Assembly (NCBI RefSeq): GCF_006345805.1
Contig: NC_043002.1
Location: 61,876,001 to 61,940,000, forward strand
Source of the DNA: Octopus sinensis
Taxonomy: Eukaryota
DNA length: 64,000 nt
Reading direction: 5' to 3'
Every line of letters starts with the position of its first letter. Position 1 is the first letter of the stretch. The position numbers and the translations under genes are program-made. Of this stretch, positions 27,741 to 41,529 are shown piece by piece. Below the pieces are notes generated by a model. That model saw only the letters and a program-made list of their open reading frames with translations. It ran no database searches and had not been told where the DNA came from.

Positions 27741-27741
27741 T

Positions 27742-27788
<47 letters not shown>

Positions 27789-28116
27789 TATGTATATATA
27801 TATATGTGTGTATGTATATATATACATATATATATATATATATGTATATTAATATATATATATATTCATATGTACATATGAGTATAGGTATATATAGGTA
27901 CATATATAAACACAAAAATTCACTCATGCACACACAGACACACGTACGCGCACACACTCATACACACAAAGATGCATGTAATGTTCGTATTTTTTGTTCG
28001 AGATAAAAATCCTGAAAATAATGAGATATATACGTACTAAAGAAAACATTTCCTGATGAATTCTTCGTACAAAAGTATTATCATAATCATCATCATCATC
28101 ATCATCATTATTATTA

Positions 28117-28156
<40 letters not shown>

Positions 28157-29574
28157 GATTGCAATTTCTGTTGTTGTTGTTGCCGCCGCTGTTGTTAGTT
28201 GTAGCAGTGTTATATTAGTAAAAATAAAACTCTGTATTATATATTCAAACGCTATTATACATGTTTCTAACACACTTCCAATAACGTTGTTGTTTTTATT
28301 CCATTTTTTCTCTTCTATTTGCATCATACCCACTTCATGGAGTAGCAAAAAAGACAAAAGACGTAGAATTAATAAATTTCTTAAGATTGTGACAATTTCA
28401 GGAACTTTTTCGAGAGTATTACACTGGAGTGGCTTTTCCTTTAACCACAATTATTAAAGCTGCCCTAGATTTCGTATGAGGTTTTCATACTTCCCTATTC
28501 TTCTTCTTGTCACGAATGTTTTCAATCTAGTGTATATTTCTATTCAAAGATTTCATATACTTCTCTATATTACCTCTCTTGCTCCTCCATTTTCATGGCA
28601 TCTAATATTTCTCCTGCGTTTTATTCTGCACTTTTATTTTCAACTTTTTTTTGTTTTTTGAAATAACTTTTACGATATTCCTTATTCTAATATTGTTTTA
28701 TTTTATTTTTCTTCTCTTAAAAAACGTCAGCCTATGATGTTTCTGTTACGCCTTTTGTCCTTCATTTTTTTTACCTCTGATTTTTCTAGTACCTTGTCAC
28801 TTTATTTTCAGCTTTTTGTTACTGTTCCTGTTCCCTTCTCTCCTCATCTGCGTCGTCGTCGCCGTCGTCGTCGTAATCGTCCTTCTCCTCCACCTCCACC
28901 TTCTTTTCTACTACTTCTTTTCCTTTACTGCTTCTACTGCTGTTGCTGCTGCTACCGTTACTGATTCTTTTGCTCCTCGTATTTGTTGCTTACTTCTAAT
29001 TATTCTTTTTCTTCACTATTTCCATTCTTATTTATTCTTCTAGTTTCCTCATTCCCTTTTCTTATTTCACTTTCAATTTTTGCTTTTTATTATCTTTTCC
29101 CCTTTATATGTCTCTATTTCCTTGTTGTAAGTTTATTGAATATCTTTCTCCATCTTAGGACATCTCCCATCAATGATTATTCTCAATAACCTTCTTACTC
29201 TTCTAGGGTTTTCTCCTGTGTTTCTTTTCCCTCTCTCTACACTCCTGTTTTACTTCGACATTTCTTCTTTTAATGACGTCTTTCCTGGTAATTTCTTCTC
29301 TACCGTCTTCTGAATAGCGACTTTATATTACTGACAATGAAAATGCTTCAGAAGATAACGTAAAAATTTATTGTTGTTGCTTCGAGCAGACCAAGTGAAT
29401 ATGAGTGACACGTCTATCAATAACGCTTGTAACATTTTTTATACATCATTTTATATATATATGTATGTGTGTGTGTGTGTGTTTGTGTGTATACACATAA
29501 ATATATATTTACATATATATATATACTTATATATACATATATACATATACATATATACACACACGCGCACAAAC

Positions 29575-29605
<31 letters not shown>

Positions 29606-29653
29606 GAGAGAGAGTAATGTATGCATAAACATATGTGTATCGTGTATCTATGC

Positions 29654-29705
<52 letters not shown>

Positions 29706-29937
29706 GTACAAACACACATTCCCATATGCAAAAGTTTTCTCGTCAACTGCCGTAATGTAGTTGGTGGAAACAACTAGTGCTCAATTTGGTTACCACAAAA
29801 GTTCCGGCTTGTACAGCAACAGAAAATAATTCTTTTGAGATTGTCTATAAAAGTGATTTATCCTAGATAGGAAAACACTTGGGATCACTCCCCCAAAAAA
29901 GCATTTTATAAAGATAATGAATACATACATACATAAT

Positions 29938-29988
<51 letters not shown>

Positions 29989-30081
29989 CATATATATATA
30001 TACATAACATAGAAAGGTTTTGGCCAGTATTGGCCCAGGCCATGTCTAACTTAATAGCACCACCTGGCGAAGTCTTTCAAT

Positions 30082-33061
30082 TCAGGATTTGGGCACCAAG
30101 GCCCATTCGAGCAGAGTGTTATTGTTTGCGGAGACATATCCGGGTGTGGGTGGTTTGTCCGGGACTGTTTGAAGGAATTTGTCCAAAGACTTCTTGAATT
30201 TTGTGTGGTCAGTTTCTTTTTTGATGTGTCCTGGTGTAATGTTGAAGAGAGCGGGTCCAATTGAGGTGAAATAGTTGTGCCGTACTGTCGTTATGTGATG
30301 CGATTTAGATTTATGTTGTGGACGGATGGCACGTGGTCCAAGCCTTAGATGTATTTTGAAGGTGATGCCAACATCATTCGGACAGTGCTGATGGAATATT
30401 TTCCACATCATATAGATAATGTAGCTTTCACGGCGTCGTTGGAGTGAATACAGTTTCAGCTTCTCTAGTCTACCCCAGTAGTCAAGGTCTGACATGCTAT
30501 ATATCTTTTTTGTGATTGACCTTTGGGAAGCTTCAATTCTCATAACATTTTGTTTTGTGTAGGGAGACCACAGTGGACAACAGTATTCAAGGTGGGGTCG
30601 GGCAAAAGTGGAGAAGAGAAGGATAATAGTGTGGGAATCTCTCGACTGGAAGGTTCTGAGAATCCAGGAGCACATTCTGCGGGCCATTTCAACTTTGCTG
30701 CTTATATGTGTAGCCCAGCTTATGTTGTTGTCCACTGTTACTCCCAAGTCTCTGATGTTGTTGGACGCCATGAGAATTTCTCCAGAAGGAAGAGAGTATG
30801 GGAGTTTCAGAGCGTCCTCCCTTCCAAAGTGGATCAGTTCGAATTTGTCTTCGTTTAGCAGCATGTTATTCTTTTCCGCCCATTGGACAACAGCCAATAG
30901 GTCTGACTGAAGGCTTATTCGGTCATCCACGCCATTGATGACCTTCTGGAGCTTGGAATCATCAGCGAAGGTTCTGATGTTACTGTGTTTGATGGTGTCA
31001 GTAATATCATTTATGTAGATGATGAAGAGGAGTGGGCCCAGCACAGTGCCTTGTGGGACACCACTACTGACTTTGGCTGGGCTGGATTTGACTCCTTCGA
31101 CTACAACATGTTGGGTTCTGTTAGACAGGAAGCAGCTTTCCAGTGACACCAATATTGGACAGCTTTCTCAGAAGGATCTTATGATCAACCCTGTCAAAGG
31201 CCTCACTGAAATCAAGGTAGATGACATCAGTGTTGGAACCTTCTCCCAAGGCTCTCAAAATGTCATCAAAATGATATAGTAGCTGCATCAGGCAATCTCT
31301 CCCATTACGGAATCGATGCTGGTTGGAGTTCAGCATATTATGACTCTCAAGGAAGTGAGTCATACGCGATCTCAGCACTCTCTCAAATAACTTAATGATA
31401 TGAGAGGTGAGTGAGATTGGACGGTAATTCACGGCGAGCGATTTGTTTCCTTTTTTGAAAACTGGGACAACAGTCTGGGATAGAAGGTTTTCTGGTATAT
31501 ATTCAGCATCCAGTGAGTTCCGCCACAGATTGGCTAGAGGGGGTGCAAGTTGGTTTTGACACATCTTCAGGACACAAGCAGGGAACCTATCGGGACCTAC
31601 TGCTGAGTTATGCTTCATTTCCTTTATTGCTGCTAAGACATCAGGAGCACCAAAGGTTATGTCCGATAAAGTGTATTGGGGAGTAACATCACTGATACAG
31701 CCTAGATCAGTCATATCAGGATTGCTGAAAACAGAGCAATATTGTTTCTGCAATATCTCTCCCATGGTTTTGGCATTGTCTTGAAGAGTACCATTTTCAT
31801 CAATCAGAGGGCCAACAGTAGAACCAGTGACTCTGTGTTTTTTTGCAAATGAAAAGAACACTTTGGGATTGAGTTTGATCTTCTCAATTGCCCAGGCCTC
31901 TTCAGCTCTTCGCTGACTATTGATGATAGACATCATGTTGTTTTGGAGTTTATGTTTTTTAATCTCTAGCGACGAGATGGCAGTCTGGTTGGTGTGTTGC
32001 TGTTGACAGTATTTCAGCTTGTTGATTTTTTTGTTAATTCTTTTAATTTTCCTGATGAGAGATTTTCTATTTTTAGGGATTCGACACTTAGATTTGTTTG
32101 CAGATCTTAATGGGGTGTGTTTTGCACATATGTTCGTAATGGTGTCTACAAATGACTGCCAGGAATTTTTGATGTTAGTGGGTGTGTATGTGTGCGTGAA
32201 GGACCAATCGACTTGTGCAAGATCATTATTGATCGCTTCCCAGTTTGCATTGTGGAAATCCATAGTGTCAAATGTATGAACAGGAGGGATGACATTTGTT
32301 TTGCCTTTTGGCCAGTGAAATCTCAGATCACAGAGTAGGGTTTTCTCCACTGCAATATTGTGGATAGTATCAGTGTGATTGCTGAAAATTAAGTCTAAGA
32401 CGTTTTTATGACATCTCGTTGGTTCGAGTACCAGTTGGGACAGGCAGAAATCATCCATGAAGTCAAGAAGCGATTCCACTGCCTCCCTGTCAGGGGTTGA
32501 GAGAGAAGAACCTGGCGGCAGACTGTTTGTAGACCAGTCAACCCCGGGAAGGTTGAAGTCTCCCATCATTAAAATGTTGTCAGGTTGACACTGCTGAATG
32601 AAACACTTTATGTTGTTGAGGCATTCCTTGAAGCATGGTAGGGGCGTTTGGGGTGGTCTGTAGAGCCCAACTACTGTTAAGTTGTTGGTTTGACTGAATA
32701 CAGCGACTGCTTCGCAGTATCCATTGGAAAATATGTTCATAGCTTCTGTTGAGAATGAATCATGAACATAAATGGCAGTCCCACCCTTTCTTCTGCCAGC
32801 ACGATCAGCACCAATGGCTTTGAAATTTTTAACTTTCACCTCGGCTTCCAAGTGAAGGTTACTAAGATGGGTTTCAGTGAGGACAAAGAAAGGGATGTGG
32901 TTTGGATGGGCATCGACCCAGTCCTCCAGGAATTTTATCTTCCATTTTTGTGTATTGGTAGAAGGGCTGATGCCTTGGGCATTAAGCAAAAATGTTGAGG
33001 CGAGAGTGGATGGTTTTAATTGTTTTGGTGATTTGTTTATTTGATTGCTTTTTAATGGCAT
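30082..33061 (-). pseudogene. LINE ORF2 (APE endonuclease plus reverse transcriptase), split by a frameshift near 31130
   Basis: APE motifs: LTETHL, GGTAIYV, LYRPP, MGDFN, LDLIFSN. RT motifs: NYRPISLTS, YLDFSEAFDRVDH, GVPQGTVLGPLLF, FADDSKL, DLGV, YCCPLWSP, LQRRR. The expected APE SDH motif is absent at EKTLL/CDL, probably deleted, so this copy is inactive. Confidence 0.92.
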
Positions 33062-34172
33062 GTGCAGTGGGGTAATAGTGGTGGGTGGTGGTGGGTGATA
33101 GCTCGGATGTTTTTTTCCTGTTCTTTTGCTAGATTCATTATAGCTAAAAAAGAGGAAGAAGAGGTTTCCTGTCTAGGGAACTGTAGGCGACTGTGGTTGT
33201 GGTTATTTTTATATGAGTGGTTATTTCTATATGAGTCGTAGTTTTTTTTTCTTTTATTATTATTTATAATGTCATTTGTCCGACGAGTCCCCGGGAGATG
33301 GGTAAAGGGGTAAAACCTGTGCAAACACAATCTGTCTCGCTGGGAATAGCGGCAGATTTGGGGATTCCTTGTTTGGGGATGCGTGCTTTGGCCTTGGCCG
33401 GTATTGCGTCTAGTGCCAGGTAGATGTGTGAAGATGCAGTCACTATTTGTGCAGAGTCTCTGACGCAGTGAATAACGGCATATTTTGGGGCTTCTTGTTT
33501 GTGCCGTGTGGGGCGCATTCTGCTTCATATGTTTTTTTAGGTTTTTGTTACTGCAGTCGTATTGAGGTGGTGATGTGGGGGAAGAGGGCAGTGGTTTCTT
33601 ATTTGGTTTTTTGTTAGTAGTCTTTTTGATGATAGAAGACGATTGTGGCAGCGGTGGTGATGACGATGATGATAATTGTGGTGGTTGCCGTGAGAGCGGT
33701 GAATAGATACTGGCATTCAGTGAATCATCTAGTATGCTAGAGTTTAGGAGTGCTGTTGTTGTTGTTGTTGTTGCTGTGGCTGTTGTTGTTGTTGTTGTGC
33801 TTGACCGATGTTAGGGTCAGCTATTGTGCTGGGAACTAGGAGTGGCTCATTCTGTTGTTGTTGTTGTTGTTGTTGTTGTTGTGGCTGTTGTTGATTTTCT
33901 AGCTGTTGCTGTTCTTGAACAGTGAAAATATAAAGAAGTGTTTCAAAATGGCTTTTAGTTAGTTTGAAAGAGACTTCGATATGCTTCAGTTTGCTACGAA
34001 TCTGTTTGACGGATCGTGTGTTGATTATTTGCGATGCTTTTTCGGCAATCTCATTCAAACATAAAGCATTTAAATTTTCTGTTTGGGAAAGAGAGAACCA
34101 AGTGTTAATTAAGACATCAATTTCATTATCAGACCAATTTCGTCTGTTGCAGGCCTGCAAGTTAGTCGTCAT
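33052..34172 (-). pseudogene. Putative LINE ORF1: Myb/SANT-like domain, polyQ, Ser/Pro-rich linker, two CCCH-type fingers
   Basis: ORF 33744-34172 (RRNWSDNEIDVLINTW...RSVKQIRSKLKH, then polyQ) joins through one frameshift in the (CAA)n tract to a frame I read open from about 33750 into ORF 33052-33528 (CRYSLRQRLCTNSDCIFTH; CRYSQRDRLCLHRFYPFTH). Its stop overlaps the ORF2 ATG by 10 nt. Confidence 0.7.
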
Positions 34173-34574
34173 GATTGTTTTTCTTTTGATTTTTGATATA
34201 TATATATATTCTTTCTTGTGAGTTAAAGAAGTGTATGTAAATATATATATTCTCTCTTAAGGGTGTGAGTTTTTGATTATTTGGTTGTTTGAAGATATTA
34301 AAAGAAAAACAAGTGTATATAATAATTTGTAGTTAAATAAAACGTACTTACGGGTTTGTAGGCAAACACGTGGTTACAAATATATATATATGTAAGGTCA
34401 GTTAGGTTTTGAAGCTGCGTAGCTTGCTATTGACTTGGGAGAGAGAAATAAAAGCACGTCTGTCTAGTTCAACCAATATATATTTAACATTTATATATAC
34501 ACATACATATATGTACACACATATATATATATATATATAAACATACATATATAGACATATATACACATATATGC

Positions 34575-34607
<33 letters not shown>

Positions 34608-34670
34608 TACACATATATACATATATATATGCATATATATATACATATATATATATGCATACATATATAT

Positions 34671-34719
<49 letters not shown>

Positions 34720-34760
34720 CATACACACACACAATATATATATATATTACATTTTTACTA

Positions 34761-35160
34761 TTTTACTTGTTTCAGTCATTTGACTGTGGCCATGCTGGAA
34801 CACCGCCTTTAGTCGAGCAAATCGACCCCAGGACTTATTCTTTGTAGGCCTCGTACTTATTCTATCGATCACATTTGCCGGACCGCTACTTTACGGGGAC
34901 GTAAACACACCAGCATCGGTTGTCAAGCGATGTTGGGGGGGGGACAAAAACAGATACACAAACATATACACACACGTACATATATATATTTATATACGAC
35001 GGGCTTCTTTCAGTTTCCGTCTACAAAATACACTCACAAGGCTTTGATCAGCCCAAGGCTATATTAGAAGACACACGCCCAATGTGCCACGCAGTGGGAC
35101 TAAACCCGGAACCATGTTGTTCGTAAGCAAGGTATTTACCACACAGTCACCCCTACGCCC
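34761..35160 (-). mobile_element. SINE family A, full-length
   Basis: tRNA-like head, a ttgggcgtgtcttctaata segment resembling a CORE-type domain, internal (TA/CA)n, and tail gactgaaacaagtaaaa. Confidence 0.85.
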
Positions 35161-36593
35161 ATAATATATATTCATATATACAATATACACATATACTCAT
35201 ATGTATGTGTGTGTGTGCATGTATGCACCAATATGCGTGTGTGTTTGTGTGCATGAGAGTGTAAGTATGTGTACGTTTCATTTGTAGAAGACTATCATCC
35301 ATTTTGGTCGGATATTGTTCAGGAAGTAAACAAAACACATTTAGGAATAAAATATGATTTTCGTATTGATTTTTATAGTCTTTTATATTTTTAATATCTC
35401 CATATTCTTCAATTTTAATGCGTTTATGTATGATCGGCATATTTTTTCCAATTTTTGTATAAATCACTTGGTCCATATGATCGATGGTGCATCGACATTT
35501 TAAGTTCCTTTCTTTGTCTTGAACTGTCATCTCAAACAATAATTGAAAAGCAATTAAAATATATAATTAGCGTCAGGTTTGAAAACATTAAACAATAGAA
35601 CTCCAAAAATATTTCTTATAATTACTGTAAATCCATTTGGCGAATTTCCATGGAACAATTTCTCGATTTTTCTTTATTTCTATGCATGTAGTGAATATTA
35701 TTTTGTGACCTGGAACGCATTGAAAAATTTCGAGAAGAAAAATATAGCCATTAACGGAAACATATAAAAGGAAATTAAAAATAATTGCTGGTATTAATTG
35801 ATGATTTGGAAGTATTGAAATGGGAGGAAAAAGTTTAAATAAAAAAACTATATATTGATGATTTTACATCATCAACTTACTTTTATGGTACTATTGTATG
35901 TACAGAAGCCTGATGCTGGTATTGTTCCTAAAACCGTTACTGTTTTACAACTATATACTTAAAAATAGTATCAGTGTTTGTGGTGTTATGCTCCAAGTAC
36001 CTATGTTCCATGATACTATTGCTACTTAAGTGTGTGTTTGGCAAAAATATGAATGCTTCGGACAAAATTACTTGCTGCTTTCACTTACCCACTTAACGTT
36101 CTCAGCGCAAATTTTGCAGGAATAAAATTTATATCGCCTTCCATTATTTTAGAGTCGATAAATTTTAATACTGGTATTAATATTAGAAATTGATTCAATC
36201 AGCAATGCCCACTCACATCCATTTTTTGGCGAGAATATTAAAAAAAAATGTAAAAAACAATAAAAGAAGAAAAAGTCAAAATGGTATAGATTACGATGAT
36301 CGACTCACTTAAAGGTTTTGCTTTATTTTGCACCATTTAAAGTTTGAGTATTTATTTCCCCCTTTTTTTGCTTTATTTGAGGCATTTTAAATGAGAAATT
36401 ATGTGGGTGAACACCCTGATATTAAATCCCTCGGTATCAAGTGAGCTAGTTATCCTTCCGTGTTCCAAAAGCTAATTATCTTCAGAGTTCTAAGATAATT
36501 ATACAGTTTTCCTTAAAGTTGTGCTTCTTTTTCATCAGCGTCATATTAGCAGCAAGTGTGACATATTTTTTAAAATACATAGCTTTAAATAAT

Positions 36594-36726
36594 CAATTCC
36601 AGGTCTACCAGAAATAAACTGACCGTTAAACACCATACTAGTAATAATTAATACTTGTTATGCAAAGATTCTAATAAAACTAGTAAAAATTATCACCTAG
36701 CGTTCACATAAACGTGTTTTATGTCC
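36594..36726 (+). repeat. Direct repeat, copy 1 of about 133 bp (copy 2 at 37668-37800)
   Basis: caattccaggtctaccagaaataaactgacc...gttcacataaac(g/a)tgttttatgtcc is present twice. Confidence 0.9.
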
Positions 36727-36797
36727 ATTATTTGAGAATCACAGTTGGTATGTCAAGGACAAGATTTCTTGAGAGGTTCGTTAAGCTGTTCGTATTT

Positions 36798-37018
36798 CTT
36801 TTCATTTGTTTCGGTCATTTAATTGCGGCCATGCTGGAGCACCGCCTTTTAGTCGAACAAATCGACCCCAGGACTTAATCTTTATAAGCCTAGTACTTAT
36901 TCTATCGGTTTCTTTTGACAAACCGCTAGTTTACGGGAACGTAAAAAGACACCAGTTTTTGAAACGATGATGGGGACAAACACAAACTCACGCACAGACA
37001 CACACGCATACACACACG

Positions 37019-37111
<93 letters not shown>

Positions 37112-37254
37112 CGGGCTTCTTTCAGTTTCTGTCTATCAAAACCACTCACAAGGCTTTGGTCGGCCGAGGCTGTAGTAGAAGTCACTTGCCCAATGTACCA
37201 CGCTGTGGGACAGAACGCGGGACCAAGTGATTGGTAAGCAAACTATTTATCACA
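36798..37254 (-). mobile_element. SINE family A with expanded internal (TA)n
   Basis: Same diagnostic segments as 34761-35160. Confidence 0.85.
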
Positions 37255-37314
37255 ATCTGTCTGTTAGTACTACTGGTTTTGATTTCGTTGTTGTGCTGTT
37301 ATAACTCGTGTTGC

Positions 37315-38172
37315 TTCTGAAGATCCGGATACTTATTTTGAAGGCCAAATTCCTGGTTAGCCATGAAAATTTGTACGCACACATTTTACCTGCTTGAAAT
37401 ATTCTTTTCAAATATACACACACGGCCTGAAAATATTGTGGGGAGGATTAATCGATTACTTCGAACCGAGTGTTCATCTGATATTTATTTTACAGAATTC
37501 GAAGGGATTGAAAGTAAATTTTACCCCGGAGGCATGGGAATTCAGAAAAGTAAAGGCGGACAAAATGCTGCTAAGCATTTTCTCCGTTATACTAACGATT
37601 CTGCCAACGAGACGCCTGCTTGAAATATCAGCGAAACCATGTTCAGTCACACTTATATTTAAGTCACCAATTCCAGGTCTACCAGAAATAAACTGACCAT
37701 CAAATACTATACTAGTTATAATCAATACTTGTCATGCAACGATTCTAATAAAACTATTAAAAATTATCACCTGACGTTCACATAAACATGTTTTATGTCC
37801 GTGATTATAACTAGTATGGTATTTAACAGTCATTTTATTTCTAGTAGAACTGGAATTTATGACTTAAAGATATGCGTAACTTGAACAAGGTTTGGCTGAT
37901 AATTGAAGCAGGCGGCGCGTAAGTATAACGGACAAAATGCTTAGCAGCGTTTTGTCTGCCTTTATTTTTTTCAATTCACATGCCACGAATTCAGTAAAAT
38001 AAGTATCTGGTGAACACTCGGATCAAAGTAATCGACGAGAACTCTCTCGAAAATTTTCAGGCCTTTTGTATATATCTGAAAAGAATATTTCAAGCAGGTA
38101 AAATGTCAGCGTAAAACTTTTTATTGCTAACCCAGAAATTGGCCACCAAATTAAGTAACCGGATCTTCTGCA
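37315..38172. repeat. Diverged inverted pair: SINE-B plus shared 3' flank (37315-37620 minus; 37910-38172 plus)
   Basis: agatccgg...ttttacctgcttgaaatattcttttca...ggcctgaaaat mirrors attttcaggcc...tgaaaagaatatttcaagcaggtaaaa...ccggatct. Confidence 0.8.
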
Positions 38173-38643
38173 GGAACCGAACTATAATAATACATCTAAA
38201 TGAAGGAAGGGTGAATTCGGGACTACATTGTTGTATACAGTGGAGTTTCTTTCATTGTTTCCTTTTTTAATCACGCATTGTTAAGTTTCAACAAAAATAT
38301 CAAAAGAAAAACAAGTACAAATCAGCAACAAAAGGGTTCATTACTAAAATAACAACAACAATAATAAACACCACTACCGCCTCAGCTACCCCCAACTTCT
38401 GCTACTACCACCACCTCTGCCACCATCATCACTGCCACCGCCACCGGATCAGCACCAACACCAGCACCACCACCACCACCACCACCGACACTCCTGGAAC
38501 CACCACTCCCACAACCTACTTCGCTGCCACATCTACAGCAACTACCACTACAACTACTGCTGCTGCTCTGATGATGATGATGATGATGATGATGAAGATG
38601 ATGATACTACTGCTGCTGCACCTCCTCCTCCTACTACTACTAC

Positions 38644-38678
<35 letters not shown>

Positions 38679-41482
38679 GTAGTAGTAGTACAAGATTTAG
38701 AGGCAGTCTCTTAAATATCTCAGCTGCCTGTCGTTTCACGTAGAATGTGTTTTCATCGATGAAGGGTTTTCCATTAAATTTTACGACCACCGGAGTCAAA
38801 ACAGCGAAGAGATATCGTCTGAAGCTCACTGAAAAATCCATCAACGTCTTCAAAAAGGAAACATTAAATAATTAATGTTAGATATCTTTAAATAAGGGTA
38901 GAGGGTCAAGGATAGATTGACTTAGATCTTATGCCTCTTTAATCAGAATGGCTCTCGGGACAAAACGAAAACAACCTCGGCAAGAAAACTGCAAACTTAT
39001 CAAACACTATTACCTAAAAAGTATCTGACTGGTTGCTTGGCTTGAAATAAGTATTCAAATTTGTTTATAGCGGAAAATTTCAACCCAACCCCTATTTTTG
39101 AATCCTAAACTCTCGATGGGTTCGCAAGTGATCCTTCGTGCATAATAGCAGTTTCAAATCTACCAAAACTTATCCCTCTCTAGGCACACTGGCGATTTTT
39201 TACCACTGTGTAAAGAAGTATAGTGAGAAAGAGAGAAAACGACAACGAAGACGGAATTGAGGGTTGAGAATAGAAAAATGAAGGCGGTTTAAGGGGATGA
39301 GAATGACGAAGGCGAGGGAGAGACGAAATAGGAGTGAGAAGAGGAGAAAAGGAGGGGGAAGGGGAGGAGCAGGAGGAAGAGGAAAAGGAGAAATGAAGAG
39401 GAACATTGAAGAATCGCTTCCGGTATAGAACCAATACTTTATATTATCAATTGAGATACCTTAAGCGTTAAGAGCAATGCCAAATCCCAACATCACATAC
39501 ATTAAATGGCATCAAAATACATGATGCTTAGAAATAAAAAAAAATTGTCATAAGTCTGCATGATGAGGCCGAGAAGTAACTAACAAGAGCAGCAAGGGTA
39601 ACGTAAAAATAATATAGACGATGATGCTTAATGTCACATTCGAAAGACTAAAAAATGGACGCAAGATTTGGTCGACATAGGCCTGGATTTAGAAACTGAC
39701 GTGATGGCCGCGAAAGCAGAAATATTTTTGAGCATAATGTATTTTGATTGATAACCTTGAGCTAAACAGCAGCAATATCATCGCAACCACAGACCAAATG
39801 CCTGGATGTTGTAACTTTGCTTTCTTGAAACAGCAAGATAACATCCATGAAGTTCTATTTCATTTTCATGAAAAACGGAGATATGAGATTATTCAATCCA
39901 AGAATTTGTTGCCGAAAGACAGCTACACAAGTCATGCTGAGAATTTATTTTGTCAGCTGTTATGGTTTATGGCTGATTATGCTAATATTCGAATAAAGAC
40001 ACTTCTCATGAATTATAAGGCTTTATAACGATGATGATAAAATTGTCCTAACTTTAAACAAATTCACAAAACTTCCGAGAAAATATCACCATTTGTATAT
40101 CAACCACATATATTCTTATAGACATTTTTGTTGGACTTTATAGAATAATGTTTGCAGATTATTTATATTGATAGTGTAGACTGATGCAACTGATTTTCTC
40201 TTTGGCAGTTAACAGAACTTGACATAGAATCTAGAAGCGCTTCATATGATTGCACAGTTTCCAGAAAAATATGTGGTCGATTATTTCAAAATTTTATGCG
40301 CTGTTACTATTTACCACGGTTTCAAATGTAAGCCCAAGAACAACAATTTTATGGCAATTTGTAAGTCGATTAAATCAACCCCAGTGCTGAACTAGTACTT
40401 AACTTAACTGGTACTTTATGGGAGTTTGTAAGTCGATTACATCAACCCAAGGGCTAAACTGGTACTTATTTTATCGAAGCCGAAAAAGTTAAAAAGTTTA
40501 TTATTTATATTTATTGAATGCTGAAGGAAGATTTAGCGGCGATCTTTCACTTGAGGCTGGTGGTACATGGTTACAACTTGGAGAAAAGAATGATTCATGG
40601 GTTAACCACCGTACCTAAAACAAATTCCTACGTAAGAATAGACTCTATTGAAGGAAATTACAGATCAAGTCATGAAATTAAACAGAACAGTGGTTAAATC
40701 TAATCACAAACAGATACCATACATCATTCGGGTTTCGATCATTGTGCAAGATTTGCACAAATAAAGCTTAGGTTGGGAACCCGTGATGGAACAAGACATA
40801 TCAATGGAATTAATAGTGACAGTATACGTGGTGCTTATAATCGAGGCCATATCCTCTTAGAATCTGTGTAAAGCTGTGCAAATCATATTAATTGATACGA
40901 ATAATATCATGAATATATTTCGTGAAGTGTAAACACCATTTCCGAAAGTGTTGCGTAGTGAAATCGAATCTGGATCTGAGCGATCGAAGAGGAAATATCT
41001 TAACCATATTCTTGCTTTACGAATATGTTCGTTACGAGTAAGAATTCCCTAAAATTGATAAGAAAGTTTAAACAACGGTTTTGCGTTTCTTCTAAAATCA
41101 TTGCACATTATTCTGTAATTCGTGAAGAGAGATCAAACTATTAACTACATTTATAGCGATAGTTTCTCCACCTAAAGAAACATTTATCATCATTTTCCTA
41201 AGATATTTTATGAGACAAGAATGTATTGCATCTCTGGTTCCCGGTTGAATGAATTCACTTAACTCGTTCATCGAAATATTTCTCTGACTGATGCACTTCA
41301 CTGTCGATTGCGTCTTTCTATTCCTTGGAGCCCCGAGTAAACACAATAAGTGAAAGCACAACTATTGCAAAGTGCTGAGTTTTCATATATAGATATGTGT
41401 GTATGTGTGTGTGTGAATACGTACACAGATATCTGCATAAACATACACATGCACACACACACACATATATATATATACATAC

Positions 41483-41529
<47 letters not shown>

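Larger units (their letters stand above)
30002..34390 (-). mobile_element. Near full-length CR1-group APE/RT LINE, disrupted
   Basis: ORF1-like region, overlapping ORF2 with APE and RT, a short 3' UTR ending in tatgttatgta, and (TA)n on both flanks. The 5' boundary is approximate. Confidence 0.9.

Noticed and set aside
30523-32998. Plus-strand ORFs at 30523, 30608, 31019, 32019 and 32762
   Set aside because: They are antisense shadows of LINE ORF2.
35881-35940. Possible minus-strand mini-exon ending ccataaaa|gtaagt
   Set aside because: Poor acceptor and an unrecognised peptide; such sites are expected by chance.
38695-38850. Minus-strand segment with a good acceptor (tttcctttttgaag) and an open frame
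   Set aside because: No recognisable protein and no convincing donor; unsupported as an exon.
39744-40028. ORF with IIATTDQMPG, faintly like the hAT transposase TDGAPxMxG motif
   Set aside because: Only one weak motif, with no terminal inverted repeats or other hAT motifs seen; needs a profile search.
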